DNA from: Basidiobolus meristosporus CBS 931.73
Lineage: Eukaryota; Fungi; Basidiobolomycota
Assembly (NCBI GenBank): GCA_002104905.1
Contig: MCFE01000182.1
Span: 62,001 to 126,000, forward strand
Length of the DNA stretch: 64,000 nt
Direction of reading: 5' to 3'
The notes below the pieces were generated by a model. The model was not told where the DNA came from. It ran no database searches and saw nothing but the letters and a program-made list of their open reading frames with translations. A program made the position numbers and the translations under genes. This document shows, piece after piece, positions 12,726 to 26,344 of this stretch (its first letter is position 1; each line of letters begins with the position of its first letter).

Positions 12726-13927
12726 TGTGGTAATGGAAAGTATTCCATCACTATATATCTCAAAACCATTATTGCACTCATTTCTTGATTTTACTTTTGG
12801 CTGTTGTAACACACAAGTGAAAGATCAAGAAATCCCAGCTTTGAAGGACAAATGCTCCAGACCCTGACAAGCAATCCACCCAAGAATATTATGGCATGCA
12901 GAACACTCAGTAGCCAACACATGCTTTCAATTACAGTTCATTTAAAGCAGTACTTGAGGAGTTCAAATGTCCAATTGTCATAAATTGGAGGCCTCTATTG
13001 TTAGGATTACTATGGTGACTTCAGTCACATGTAACGTTTGAGCCAGCCAATCATATCATGTAATATTATTAAGGTGCTGCAATTATGTTCAATCTTCACC
13101 ACTACAAAGTTTTAGCTTTGTATTGTGTATATTGCTTGTACAATTGCCCAAAAACTTTGATCCTTCAGAATTTTCATATATATGACTTTCCCAGCTAAAA
13201 AATAAATTAGAGCCTCTCTTTCCAGAATCTTCACACTATAATTACAAGTTTAAAGGTTATAAGACTTCCCTTGCATCACTTGCACTGCTGAGTATTCTGA
13301 CTTTCATCAGCACTACATCAGCAATGAGACTGCAAAGCTCACAAGAATCCAATCTAAGTTCTACAAGAAAACTACCACTTTTCTGTTGGAAAAGTCCCCT
13401 CTAAGAAACCCCTTTACTCTAAAGACACCCCTTAAGACAACCCTTTAGTCTAAAGATCCCTTCAAGAAGCCCCTTTAGGCACCCCTTTGGTGTAAAGTCC
13501 ACTTTAGAGACCACTCTATGAAGCCCCTTTACTCTAAAGACACCCCTATAGAAAACTCTGTAGGTCTAAAGACCTCTGTAGAGTTTTCTACACCACACCC
13601 CTTCAGGTTAAAGGGTAGCTCTAGTTTATCACATTAGAGAATACTATATCAGAAAGGGAATTGACTTCCAAAAAAGGAAAAGTTACTATAATGGTAAGTA
13701 AGTGCCCAATCAACCAAAGGTCAGAACACTGCTGACAAGTGAGAAACACTGCCTACAGTATATCTTGAGCCTAAGATTGAGGATATTAGTGAAAGTTATA
13801 TCTTCTATTGGTATATCAAATTCCCTCAAAACTATTTCAGTATTAGCATACTGGAGGCTGTTGTATATTGTTAATTAACCTCTACACCGTAGAACAAGCC
13901 CCAAACTAATCACACTACAGCTCAATA
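12726..13927. mobile_element. Solo LTR-like insert, family Z (1202 bp), with an internal minisatellite
   Basis: Exact 4-bp TSD GAAG at 12722-12725 and 13928-13931; the intact gypsy has a single GAAG at this site. Starts TGTGGT and ends ...CTCAATA. Confidence 0.8.
13392..13600. repeat. Degenerate ~30-bp tandem array ending in a hairpin
   Basis: Units resemble AAGAAACCCCTTTACTCTAAAGACACCCCTT. They are followed by TAGAAAACTCT...AGAGTTTTCTA enclosing AGGTC-TAAA-GACCT. Confidence 0.8.
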
Positions 13928-14816
13928 GAAGACTGCCAACTACCAGGAAATGTAACCCTTGGATCCCAGTAGTAATTGACCATACTACTAAAAGGCCAGT
14001 GGCTAAAGCTGTTCCTGTTGCCAGTGAATAAGAAGTTGCAAGTTTCATCTACTAAGAGTTGCTTATGAAGTTTGGATGCCCTGTAGAGATTTTATCCAAT
14101 TGAGGAGCAAGCTTTATGGCAAAGATATTGGAGGCTTACCTGATTATGCAGCAGATCAAACACTTGAAAGCTTTGGCATGTTACCCTGGAACTAATGAAG
14201 CAGTTCAATGGATTATTTGGAAAAATGCTGATCAAATATGCAAAGGGAGCTATCAGTAGATGGGAAGAGTCTATAGACCAAGCACTTTTTGCCTGCAGAG
14301 CTAGAGTGCACAACACCACCCAACAATAGCCATTTTACTCAGTGTATGGATGAGAACCAAGGATTTCAGGAGATCTCACACAACCAAAGCTTACAGATGC
14401 CATAGGAGATGAGGTCAGTCAGCCAAGCAAATACCAGCAGCTGGAGCAAAGAGGTCAAGAGGCACAGGCCACAGAGTCTCAGGGTGCAAAATAGATGAAG
14501 CCAATATTTGATAAGACTATATTGCCAGAAGCATTTACATTTGGGAGCTTTGTATTGCAGAAAGACAACACTTGGAAGAAGTTTGAACCACAATAGACAG
14601 GACCTTCTAAGATGATCAGAGAGTGTCCATTAGCAACTTACCAACTAGTGAACAAACAAGGGAATATCTGGGAAGATTTGGTTCATTGAGACAGACTCAA
14701 GCTTGCAAGACTTGCCAACAATAATGAATCCCTTTGCTTTAGCACCTGACAAATTCTGATTAAACAAGTACTCTACCAGCAATACCTGCTGGCTGCTGAT
14801 TCTTATCAGTCTGAGT

Positions 14817-16230
14817 TTGCTGCCCATCTTACGGTATCAGAGCAATAATCTGATGGTAGTCTCACTGGTATCTGGGCCTATATCACCATCCAACCTGGAT
14901 AACTACCTGTATCCATTGCTGGATGAATCTTGTATGCTTTCCAGCAGGATAATAGTCAATGGCCATCATGTAAAAGCTCATATTAATATCTGCATTGGAG
15001 ATACCCAGCCATCAGTAAGATAGCAGGTTTTTCTGGGCACAATGGATGGTACTGCTGTTGAATGTGTGAGATCCATGGGATGTGTTCCATAACTCACACA
15101 CATTATTATTACACAAACACCAGCACTAAGAGCATCATCTTTCTACAGAGAGAATGTACAGAAGTCAGCATGCAATTGCAGCATAGCTGGCAAGCTATAA
15201 GCCATTGGCTGGAATATGGAGTCAGTTGGAAACCAGAGACACTTAAGATAGAGGGTATCTGCTGGAGCAAAAGCGTTCTACTTGTAGCAATGCATTTGCT
15301 CCTCAACCATATCCCTATACTGATGACTAAGTTGTACATGGGGCACTTCAACCATTGGGAGTCATATGTGGACATTTTAGGAATATTTATCCAGAAGCAG
15401 ATCATCAATGCCAACTTGATGCACCCACAGGTATTGTGCAAGGAGTTTGTGGCAGGATCTGAGTGGCTATACCACAAACATAAAGCTGTACACATAGATC
15501 TCTGCCACTACTGTACTCATTCTCTACTTGATCTTGCACAGTGTGTGCAGAATGCTGGGCCTTGCTTCACCTTCTAGGAGTTTCCTATGGAGCAGATGTG
15601 TGGGGAGATAGGAAGGCAAGTCAAGTTGCAGGTGCTACCATATCCCAATCACATCAAGAATATTACCTTCAAGTCCATCATGGATGTGATGAGTTGGCAT
15701 ATGGAGGACAGCCAGGAAGAGTTGGAAAATACTGAGAACAGATGTGCACATAGAGACACCAATGCCAATGGCATAAAGAAGCTAAGCAGCCCTAATGCTT
15801 GAGTAATCAGTTAGGTAATACAAAGTTGGGTTGGGTGCAACAAGAAACTAATATTGATCAGGAAAACTCTACCAAGGTACGCCGTATTTCTCAGGGTCAC
15901 AAGCCAACTTCTACACCATTCACTACAGAATTCACACAAACAAGAGCTAGAGTGCACTTATAAGGGGGGCTAGAATCCAGCAGGGTGAAGGAATATATAG
16001 GCTGAATACCAAAAGGTTCTTTGAGGATATTCAGGAGTTATTCATGGCAGAAGTGGCAACAACCAAGCATATGTATGCAAGATGTATATGATACCAGCAA
16101 TACACTGTATATAGGAACTTTGCAAGTATCACACTAAAAAGCCATAAAGTTGAGGTGATAAAAGTATTTCAATTGCAGCAGGTGTGCGTACTTGTAGCAG
16201 TTAGTAAGCAGGAGGTTATAGTTCTTTTTG
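14817..16230 (+). mobile_element. CACTA/EnSpm (Tnp2/Transposase_21-like) transposase remnant 2
   Basis: SGPISPSNLDNYLYPLLDE, CIGDTQP, GFSGHNGWYCC, THSLLDLAQCVQNAGP and FPMEQMCG match motifs of fungal CACTA transposases. The 3' boundary is approximate. Confidence 0.82.
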
Positions 16231-17420
16231 ATTCATACTATATGTGGAATACCCAAGGTAGTAGTGGGTAAGTAAACCAAGAGGGGCAATTCTACAGTGG
16301 AACATATGAATTGCACAAGGCAAGGTAGAAATAGGAAATACCATTGGTAAAATGGTACTGTAGCATTATTCAGAACTAGCTGTAGGCTGCCATACTGCCA
16401 TTATAGTGCCATCAGAGTCTTGCTGTGAGGCTGTTGAAATACCTTTGAGATTTATGCCATATAAGGCACCTTGATGTCCTGGCTGGTTGGATCCATTTAA
16501 AATAGCTGTAGAGTGCAATAGGACCACAACAATGCCATGCAATTATTGTCACAGCACCAATCAAATCCCATCAAGTTTTATAGCTTTATTTGGCAGTAAA
16601 ATTAGCAATTTACCATCATGATCCTGTCATAAGATTGTAAGGGTGGTCACTAATTCTAAGCCACTGGTATTACAACGGTCTCTAAACAGGATCCTGACGG
16701 CTGATCTGGATTGGATCCACCTGTGGGATCAAATTATTTTTCATAGGAATATGAATGAATCTGTAGAGAGCAATGATGAAAAGTGGGCACATATATGAGG
16801 CTCCAAGAAGTATAGCACATCATTACCTCAAGGATGGCATGCCATTGGAGCACCAGGAATGCTAGGCTAAGCAGAATATGCTTGGCATATTTCATGAGCA
16901 TTTTCCTGTATTCAAGTGAGCAAATAGATTTTGGGCTAGCACTGCTATACTGAGAAAGTATCTTGGGTATAGGGGAAACTATCAGATACAGCGCAACAAT
17001 GGTGCTATAGCTAAACCCAGCAGCTTCTTCAAGAGCTTGTCAAAAGCAGGCCCAAAAGATTTAAACAAGTGGCATAGAAGCATTGGCCAAGTAGAAGAGT
17101 GCCTGTAGGGGACAAGCAGGCAGAGATAGATGCCTTAATGCAGCATTTAACATGGAAAGTATGTAATTTGTTACAACAAGCACACAGTCACAGAAGCAGT
17201 AAAGGACCTGGCTATGATAAAATCAGTGGCCTTTTGGGAGCATGTCAAGAGCTGGTTGCAAGCTTCAAACAAGCTGCTTAGAAGCATCTGGCTGCCAGAG
17301 AGTGCCACCAAGTGACAAGCAGGCAAAAAATGGAAGCACCAGTGCAGCATTGGTCAAAGAGAAAAAGGAGTACAAAAAAAAGCACTCAGTCAAGGTAGCA
17401 GTGATAGACTTTGCTGTGAT

Positions 17421-17615
17421 TGCTGAAATATTGGACTATCTGGTATCATTCAGCAGCTAAATACTTACTTGGCAACTCTGGACTAGTCTTGGTCACTGTA
17501 GGAATAACTTGCAACTCTAATTTTGCCACTTTCTCTCAGATCTATGACCCTATGTATATTCCCATAGAGAACATATCAATGTAGCACTTTTACCAAACAT
17601 TATGTACTTGTTTAG
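17421..17615 (+). repeat. Truncated LTR of copia family A
   Basis: TGCTGAAATATTGGACTATCTGGTATCATTCAGCAGCTAAA...CCAAACATTATGTAC aligns with 2282-2470. Confidence 0.85.
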
Positions 17616-18049
17616 AAATCATGCTCAACAAGTTGCACATGAGTAATGCAAGAGCTTATTGCATACACTGGCAGATGAGGTGCTAGATCTTGCAGTGCTG
17701 GCTAAAGGCCAAGGCATTTTGAAATCATTGTATAAACAGAGGCATAATGCCTGAGGGTTCCCACCATAGTCATGGAACAAGGGCTTTGTAGCAGAAATAT
17801 TTACTGTACTGTGGGCTTTAATGGACTTATAAAGTGTGAATTTGGGCTTAAAACTAGTGTGGGGTATTAGCACATGGAAGTAAGAGCATTAGTGGAGGCA
17901 GGAAGTCAGGTGTGTGAAATAGAGATATTTGCTAATTTATGTACAAAAATGTAAGAATTGGTTCAGTGTCAGGATATTAAAGTGAGAGAACTGGCAGAGA
18001 GCCAAACTATAGCCACAAATGTATTGTTATGATGAAAGCCTTGACCAAG

Positions 18050-18990
18050 TCTTTGTAAAGTCTGGGATAAAATTATAGCTTGATGGTCTGGGCACAGTGT
18101 CTGGATGGTATCAATATCATTTAGTCACAGGATTTTGATTTTGTGGTAGCTTTCGATGGTATCTTCTTAATCTTTCTTAGAGATGAAACTCTGAAAAGAT
18201 GAAGCAAGGTCTAACATTCCCCACACTAAGCAGGATAGAGTAGAGAATGAATGCAATTGTGGCAGAGATCTGCACACTCAGCTTTATGCATGTAGTATAA
18301 CTGCACAGATCTGAACACAAACTCCTTGCATAAAAGCTGTATATGCCTCAGGTTTTCATTGTTGATCTGCTTCTATATTACTACTCCTATAATGTCAGCA
18401 AATGACTCCCAGTGCTTCCTATGCTCTGGGTGAAAAACGCTTTGAAAGGCCACTTGAATAAATACATATTCAGTTCTTCCAGTTCTTGCATTTGTAGTAT
18501 TTTATATGAGTATGTGTACTTATAGGTGCTTGTGGGGAATACTTCAGATGGGAGATTTTCTGTTGTTCCTTACCAACTCTTTCAGGTATCTGTGTCATCC
18601 AAAGGGCAGATTTGCTTGAAATGCACCACATATGATTTGGTCACTAGAGTAGGTATACTACTGAATAGTAAATGAGTTGCTCCCTGTGCAAAGCTTTTGC
18701 TCCAACAGATTCCCATTACCTCTAACATCTCCAGTTCAAATTAACTCCATATTCTGGCCAATGGCTTATAGCTTGCCAGCCTACTGCAAATCCATGCTGA
18801 CTCGTGTATGAGAAGGCAATATTCTTAGTGTTAGTGTTTGAATAATGATAACATATGTGGATTATGGAGGAAGTCCTCAGGATTGCAAAAATTTGACAGC
18901 AATACCATCCATTGTTTCCAGAGACACCAGATATGTTGCTAATAGCTGGGGTCTCTCCAATGCATATAACGGTATGCACTTTGACATGAT
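18050..18990 (-). mobile_element. CACTA/EnSpm transposase remnant 3
   Basis: CIGETPAISNISGVSGNNGWYCC and WQAISHWPEYGV are homologous to remnant 2. Boundaries are approximate. Confidence 0.75.
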
Positions 18991-19101
18991 GGTAACTTAT
19001 ACTTCACAGCAGTTATAAGACTTCAAAACTTTCTTTAGATGCAGTATTACTTCTATATACTTGGAGAGTGAGCTATGATCTACTCCTGTGGTGGTGGATT
19101 C

Positions 19102-20308
19102 TGTCAAAAAGATTTGTAATTCCACCTAAATATTCACCTAACTTAGTCACCTACAGCATTACCTTCAAGTCCTAGGGAGTACTGACCAAATTCCTAGATG
19201 GGACTTATTCAGAATATTTTCACCAAAATGTCAGTTACCCAGAACATAAAAATCAAACTTGGGACTTGGTCAAGCTACCAATCAACCAAAAATCAATTGG
19301 ATGCAGATGGGTCTTTATGCCAAACACAAGGCTGATGGCACAATTGAAAAATACAAAGCAAGACTTGTAGCCAAATGATACTCTCTAACAAAAGGACTTG
19401 ATTATAATGAGACCTTTGCACTGGTAGCAAAGTTTAATTTTATAAGATTGATATTGGCTATTGCAGCTAAATATATTTTTTACAAATCAAATGAATGTAA
19501 AGCTGCATTTTTGAATGAAGAACTAGACAAGGATGTGTATACAGACCATCCTGATGGAGTTGCTGACCAAGATAACCCCATTTAGTCTGCAAGCTAAAAA
19601 AAATCTCTATATGGTCTCCAACAACCACCAAGAGCCTAGAGTTGTAAGATAGATTCCTATATGAAATCTTTGAGTTTCAAAAGGAGTGATGTTGACTATA
19701 GTATATACTATAGGCTAGATAGAGCAAAACTAGCTCTAGTAGCTCTATATGTGGATGATCTTATTATAGCTACCAATAATTTAGCAATATTGGAAGACAC
19801 CAAATCCAGTCTATCAGAAGATTGCAAGATGTCTGATCTAGGAGAACTCAGTTACTACTTAGGGATAAAGTTCTCCATAGACAGAAGTACCCAGACTATC
19901 ACCCTAAGCCAGTCCAAGTATACTCAAGATATACTAAAGAAGTACTAAATGGAAAAGTGTAAACCGGCAGATACCCCAATGGAGACAACCCTTAACTTGG
20001 TCAAAACTCAACCAAATCAAAGAGCTTGGTGCCATTTGCAAGCCCTGACTTTCTTTATCAATATATGACTGGCAGCTGATGTATACCATACCTGGAGCAC
20101 ATACAGATATCTCATATTCAGTGGGAGTTGTCAGCCAACACAATCAGAACTATGGATCTGACTATGTTGCAGCAGTTAAGCAGATTTTTAGATATGTGAA
20201 AGGAACTGCAGATATCTGCTTAAGATACATCTACAAGGACTCAGAACAGTATCTTGTGAGATACTCTGATGCTGATTGGGGACAAAGTTTGGAAGACAGA
20301 AAATCTGC
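19102..20308 (+). mobile_element. Internally deleted copia family B copy (LTR 5' half fused directly to RT)
   Basis: 19102-19250 matches the LTR at 27117. The sequence from 19251 matches RT at 29955 onward (LALYVDDLIIA, YSDADWG). Confidence 0.88.
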
Positions 20309-21645
20309 TGTGGTGGTGTATAAGTCCAAAGGGCAAAATATGGCCAACACTTCTCAAGTGTGAATGTGTGTGGGGTGTTCACTGGGTGCAATAACCTCTG
20401 GCAAAAGCTTGCTAGGAACACTGGGTATCTTGTCTAATCTAATGTGAAGGGGGATAAAGCCTCAAGCTTGTCAAGGGAAAACTATTGAGCTACAATCCCC
20501 AACTTGGTTGGCGTTGTGGTGGTGTAGAGGTACTCCTGGGAGAAGCTACACAACTCAAGGTGTGTGAGGTGTCTGATGAGTGCAATAACCTCTGTGCCTA
20601 AACTGCTGGTGTCTTTGCCAATATGTCACTATGGTAAAGCTCCTGCTTCTCTAGCTTCCTAGGTGCTCCAAGTGTCTCCAAAGACCTCTGTGTGTCTTGT
20701 GCACTGCCCTGAAAAGCTCCTTGATGGCAGGTCTGAGATGTACTGTTGAAGGCAGGTGCAGTGATTAACTGCTAATCAATAAGGTAGAAGTGTTACTGAT
20801 AGAAGGGATGATTTATTGATGAGGGATTGCTTTCCCTTAAATACTTTTCCTGATTGCCAAGTGATTACTAATGACAAGGTTCTAGAAGATTCTAGGTATC
20901 AGTGGAATTCTTGATGACATCACTATGAGCTAAAAGTATGCCAAGAATGTCCTGGAAGGTTCTAAAAGGCATAGCACATTCAACCATTCAGGAATCAGTA
21001 GTCCGAAACATGTACAACATAGAAATACCATATATGGTATTGAAATGGTAGGGATGGTAACACAAACCTAGTTCATGTGTCACAGGTACTGATGCAGGTA
21101 CTTGCCTTATGTAGATACATATACTGATCACAAAGCTGAATAACATCTGGGATAACTAATGCTAATAACTAATTAGGGTAAACATCATATGGGGATAATA
21201 CTGATAATATGGGCAAAAGAAGAATGGGATAATACTAATAAGATAAAATATGGATAAGTATATCATAATGACTATATGAATAAACTTGTCTGTGGGAGGT
21301 ATGTTTACCCTACCACAGTGTCTTAACAAAAATTTATAATGGCTGCAATGTCCCTTGAGATGGCAATGTACTAAAGCTTCCAAAGTCAAAGCAACTGTAA
21401 ACTCCACCATCAGGGACTTGATAAGAATGTAGCTTTAACCAATAGTTACAAGGACTGAAAAGTATCTTAACCTCTACAAGAGCAAACTTGGGAAAACAAT
21501 CAAATATAATAGGATATACCTACTCTGAATATTCCTCACAAGTAGTGCCTCCAAGGTCAGTTGGCTATCAGCGCAGTTCTCTGGGAGTATTGTCAGGTCT
21601 GAGTCAGAAAGTAGGGGTAATAGGCAGCAGTGATCTCACTAAAGG
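20309..21645. mobile_element. LTR family X copy, split by a nested family Y LTR and truncated on the right
   Basis: 20309-20514 plus 21318-21645 align with 11295-11800. Confidence 0.8.
20515..21317. mobile_element. Solo LTR family Y (803 bp), nested in LTR X
   Basis: Termini TGTGGT...ACCACA. The flanks GCGT and GTGT form a 4-bp TSD with one C>T change. A second copy lies at 23355-24120. Confidence 0.85.
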
Positions 21646-24600
21646 CAAATAGCCAATTCAATGCTCAAGAGCAAAAACAGCAAAGAATGCCTGGAAGGTA
21701 TTAGAAGACACTTACCAGTCATGTTCAGTTGCTAATAGAATGTATCTTAGACAAGAATTCTTTACTACAAAGATGCTGGCAGGAGAAGAAATGAGAAATC
21801 TAATTATAAGAATTACCCTGCTGGTGGATGAGATGGAATTGGTGGGCATAACAACTACTGATGAGGATGTGATAGTAACCATACTGAATAGCCTAACAGA
21901 CATGTTTCAGGGCCTTGTATCCACCCTGGGGTCCAGAACTGAAGATTTGACCTTAAATTACTTATAAATATGCATGGCTCCTGGATGAAGAATTATGAAA
22001 ATCAAGCACCAATAAGAAGGAAGAAGAGAAAGTTTTAAAAAGCAGTGATAACCAACAAAGGAGATACCCAAGACCTTACAAAGGCAACAGTAACCTGTTT
22101 TGCAACTACTACAAAAGGAAAGGACACACATCAAACTGGTGTCTTAAACAGAGAGATAGTCAGCAAAAAAAGCCTGAATATGGAAATACTGCAACAACTG
22201 AAGATAGACTATTCATATATACACTAATTATAACCACAAACAAGGATTCTCTGGTATGATACATTGACTCTGGAGCATCTTAGCACTTTACACACCAAAA
22301 AGAGATTTTACCCAATACCAAGAAAATCCAATTAAGAAGTTTTCATGGGTGACAATAGAACACTTGATTCAGTGGGAGAATGATCTATCTGATTTACCTT
22401 AGAAGCAGTGAAGGAAGCCATACACTGACCTTAAAGAAGTACTCAATGTACCAGAAACAGCCAAGAACCTACTATCTGTAAGCAAGGCCACTACAGAAGG
22501 ACTTAGTTTCAGCTTTGACAATTCTGAATTCAAGATGACTGATAAATTGATGACCATATTGCTTTGGGAATCAGAGATTGGAATCTATACAAGCTGGCTT
22601 ATATTTCACCATATCTGGAAGCCAACATAAGTAACTTAAATGAAAAGACACCTATGCTTTAGCACAGAAGAATTGGGCACATCAGTTTTGATTATTTGCA
22701 CAAAATGATCAATGATTGGCTAATTTCTAGAGTAAATATTGATCCCCCAGCTGATTGGGAGCAGTGTGAAGCCTGCATATACGGTCAACAAGCCAGACAA
22801 CCATTCAAGAGCTCTGGGTTAATCAATACTGAGAAAAAATCATATCTAATTCACTCAGATCTGTGTAGACTTAAGCAAAATATATCCTAGGCAGAATGAG
22901 ATATTTAATCACTTTTACTGATGATTATACAAGATACATATGGGTATACTTCATGGAGAGAAAGGAAAAAGCTCTGTCTAAGTTCAGGGAGTTTAATGCC
23001 ATGGTGAAGAGTGCAACTGGTGAAAAAATCAAGAAAATACACTCTGACAATGGTGGAGAATTATACCTCAAAACTCTTCATCCACTTCTGTAAAATTCAT
23101 GGCATAAAGCAAGAGACTACTGTACCATACTCCCCACAGCAAAATGGAGTAGCAGAACAAGCTAACAGATCAATAATTGATATGGCAAGATCTATGATCC
23201 ATGATCAAAAATTATCCTATGATTTTTGGGCGGAATCAGTTGCCACAGCTGTATACCTTAAAAACAGGAGTTTTCACAGAATACTTTTTGATTCTACTCC
23301 ATTTGAAGCATGGAATGGTTATAGACCAAGTGCAGAGCATCCAAGAATATAAGGGTGTATAAGTGTGAGGTGTTGGATGGGTGCAATAACCTCTTTGTCT
23401 AAACTGCTGATGTCTTTGTCAATATGTCACTATGGTAAAAGCTCCTACTTCTCTAGCTTCCTAGATGCTCCAAGTGTCTTCAGAGACCTCTGTGTGTCTT
23501 GTGCACTGCCCTGAAATGCTCCTTGATGGCAAGTCTGAGGTGTAACTGTTAAAGGTAGGTGCAGTGATCAACTGCTAATCAATAAGGGGAAAGTGTTACT
23601 GATAGAGGGGATGATTTATTGATGAGGGATTGCTTTCCCTTAAATACTTTTCCTGACTGCCAAGTGATTACTAATGACAAGGTTTTAGAAGATTCCAGGC
23701 ATCAGTGGAATTCTTGATGGCATCACTATGAGCTAAAAATATGCCAAGAATGTCCTGGAAGGTTTTAAATGGCACAGCACATTCAACCATTCAGGAATCA
23801 GCATTCTGAAGCCTATGCAACATAGAAATACCATATATGGTATTGAAATAGTAGGGATGGTAACACAGACCTAGGTCATGTGTCATGGGTACCAACATGG
23901 GTACTTACCTTATGTGGATACATATACTGATCACAAAGCTGAATAACATCTGGGATAACTAATGCTAATAACTAATCAGGGTAAACATCATTTGGGGATA
24001 ATACTAATAATATTGGCAAAAGAAGAATGGGATAATGCTGATAAGATAAAATATGGATAAGTATATCATAATGGCTATATGAATAAACTTGTCTGTGGGA
24101 GGTATGTTTACCCTACCACACTGGATATCCAACCAGAAAAGAAATAGCCCAAATTACTATATCAATGAGGGGGCAAACTTAGCCTAAGCCTATTTAGTCC
24201 ATATAGATGAGCCCCAGACTGTAAAATAGGCCCTATATAGCCCTCAGACAATGTCTTGGAGATCTGCAATGACTGAGGAATATCAGGCTCTGATGGAAAA
24301 TCAAGCTAGGGACTTAGTCAAACAACTAATCAACCAAAAATCAATAGGATGCAGATTGGTCTTCATGACAAGATACAAGGCTGATGGTACAGTTGAAAGA
24401 TACCAAGTAAGACTTGTGGCCAAAAAATACTCTCAAGTAAAAGGACCTGACTATACTGAGACTATTGCACCAGTAGCCAAGTTTAATTGGTCAGATTGAT
24501 ATTGGTTATTGCAGCCAAATATAATCTTTTATACATCAAATGAATATAAAAGCTGCATCATAGCATGGAGAACTTGATGAGGACGTGTGTATGGACCAGC

Positions 24601-26344
24601 CTGATGGGCTTGCTGACCAAGATAACCCACATTTGGACTGCAAGCTTAAAAAATCTCTCTATGGCCACAAGTAATCATCAAGTGCCTGGAATCTCAGGAT
24701 AGATTCTTGTTTGGGATCCTTGAGATTCAAAAGGAGTAATGCTAACCACAGTACATACTATAAGCCAGATAGAGCAAATCCAGCTCTATTAGCTCTATGT
24801 GTGGATGATCTTATTATAGCTGCCAATAACCTAGCATCATTGGAAGAGACTAAATTTGGCCAATCTATAGAGTTCAAGATGTCCAATCTAGGAGAACTTG
24901 GTTACTACTTAGGGATTAGGTTCTCTGTAGACAGAAGTACCTAGACTATTACCCAAGCCAACTCAAGTATATTCAAGATATCCTAAGGAAGTACCACATA
25001 GCAGACTATAAACTGGCAGCTACCCTAATGGAGACAAACCTTAACTTGGTCAAAGCTCAGTCAAATCAAGAGAGCTTGATGCTATCTGATAGCCCTGACT
25101 TTCCTTATCAATATATGGTTGGCAGCGGATGTCTATCATGCTAGGAGCATGTACAGATATCTCACATTCAGTGGGAGTTGTCAGCCAATATAATCAGAAC
25201 TATGGATCTGATCATATTGCAGCAGTTAAGCAGATTTTTAGATATGTGAAAGAAACTGCTGATACCTACTTAAGAGACATTTTTAAGGACTCAGAACAGG
25301 ATCTTGTGGGATACCCTGATGCTGATTGAGGACAACACTTGGAAGACAGAAGATCCACCATAGGATACACCTTTCTTTACTCTAAAGGAGCAATTTCTTG
25401 GAGCTCAAGAAAGCAACCAACTGTAGCACTTTCTACCTCAGAGGTAGAGTTTATGGCAGCCTATGAAGCTATAACAGAAGCAATGTGATTAAGAATGCTT
25501 TTTACAGATTTAGGCCTATATCAAAAATGCCCATAACTTTATTTCAGGATATTCAAGGATGTATTCAATTAGGTAGAAATCCAGCATCTAATACTAGCAC
25601 TAAGCACATAGATATTAGACATCAGTTCATACATGATGCTATGGAGAGTAACTTAGTTAGATTAGCTTACTGTAATTCAGATGAAATGATTGCAGACATA
25701 TATACCAAACCATTAGCAAGCAACAAGTCTGAATATCAGGTCAAAATTAGGACTGGTCTATATGAACAGTTAGCTGAGTGCAAGTGTTGTAAAGATTTGT
25801 AATTACACCTAAATATTTACCTAACCTAGTCACTTAGATCATTACCTTTGAATCTTAGGGAATAGACTTGTTCCATTGTGCCATTGATCATAGTGCCAGA
25901 AAGTGCTGTATATTTTGTTATTAATTTGACATCTTAGGATCATATGCAGGTCAATTTTGATCCCATATTGGCACTGTATGGCACCATCTAGCACTCTGTG
26001 GCATGATCAGGCACCATCTGGCATGCTATGACACTATTGGGCACTATGATCCGCTGGAATGATGGAACAAGTCTAATACTCACCAAACTACTTGTTGGGA
26101 CTTACTTAGAATATTCTCACAAAATGCCAGGTACCCAGATCATGAAAATTCTCAAAGTTGTCCAAACTGCCCCAAACTTTGCACATATGTTCTTGGGACC
26201 TTACTTACCCTACTCTATGTGTCTGTAATGCCAAAGCCATGTAAAAGTATAAATACTATTTTTATGTTCAATAAACACCAAGGGAAAACCCCATAAAATA
26301 CTTTGTCTCCCAATCACTTCCAATACCCCAAGACTCTTACAACA
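21646..26344 (+). mobile_element. Decayed copia family B copy, 5'-truncated, with a 560-bp long-variant 3' LTR (25785-26344)
   Basis: Colinear with 27720-31796 (gag YLRQEFFTTKM, integrase QQNGVAEQANR, RT, RNase H), with many stops. The LTR starts TGTTGTAAAG and ends CTCTTACAACA. Confidence 0.9.
23355..24120. mobile_element. LTR family Y, 5'-truncated, inside the copia B copy
   Basis: Closely matches 20560-21317 and ends TACCCTACCACA. About 360 bp of the host copia is missing at the left junction. Confidence 0.85.

Larger units (their letters stand above)
10010..14740 (+). mobile_element. Decayed copy of the same gypsy family (RT, RNase H, integrase), interrupted by two solo-LTR-like inserts
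   Basis: [33 protein letters not shown] and the integrase segments are colinear with ORF 4887-9020 but carry many stops and frameshifts. Breaks occur at 11294/~12347 and 12725/13928. Confidence 0.92.

Noticed and set aside
13392-13600. Repeat array as a CRISPR-like locus
   Set aside because: Units are degenerate and contiguous with no unique spacers, the context is eukaryotic, and no cas genes are present.
16250-17420. Short ORFs (17099, 17242) with a duplicated GACAAGCAGGC motif
   Set aside because: Probably decayed transposon sequence such as a CACTA second ORF, but there is no motif to support a call.
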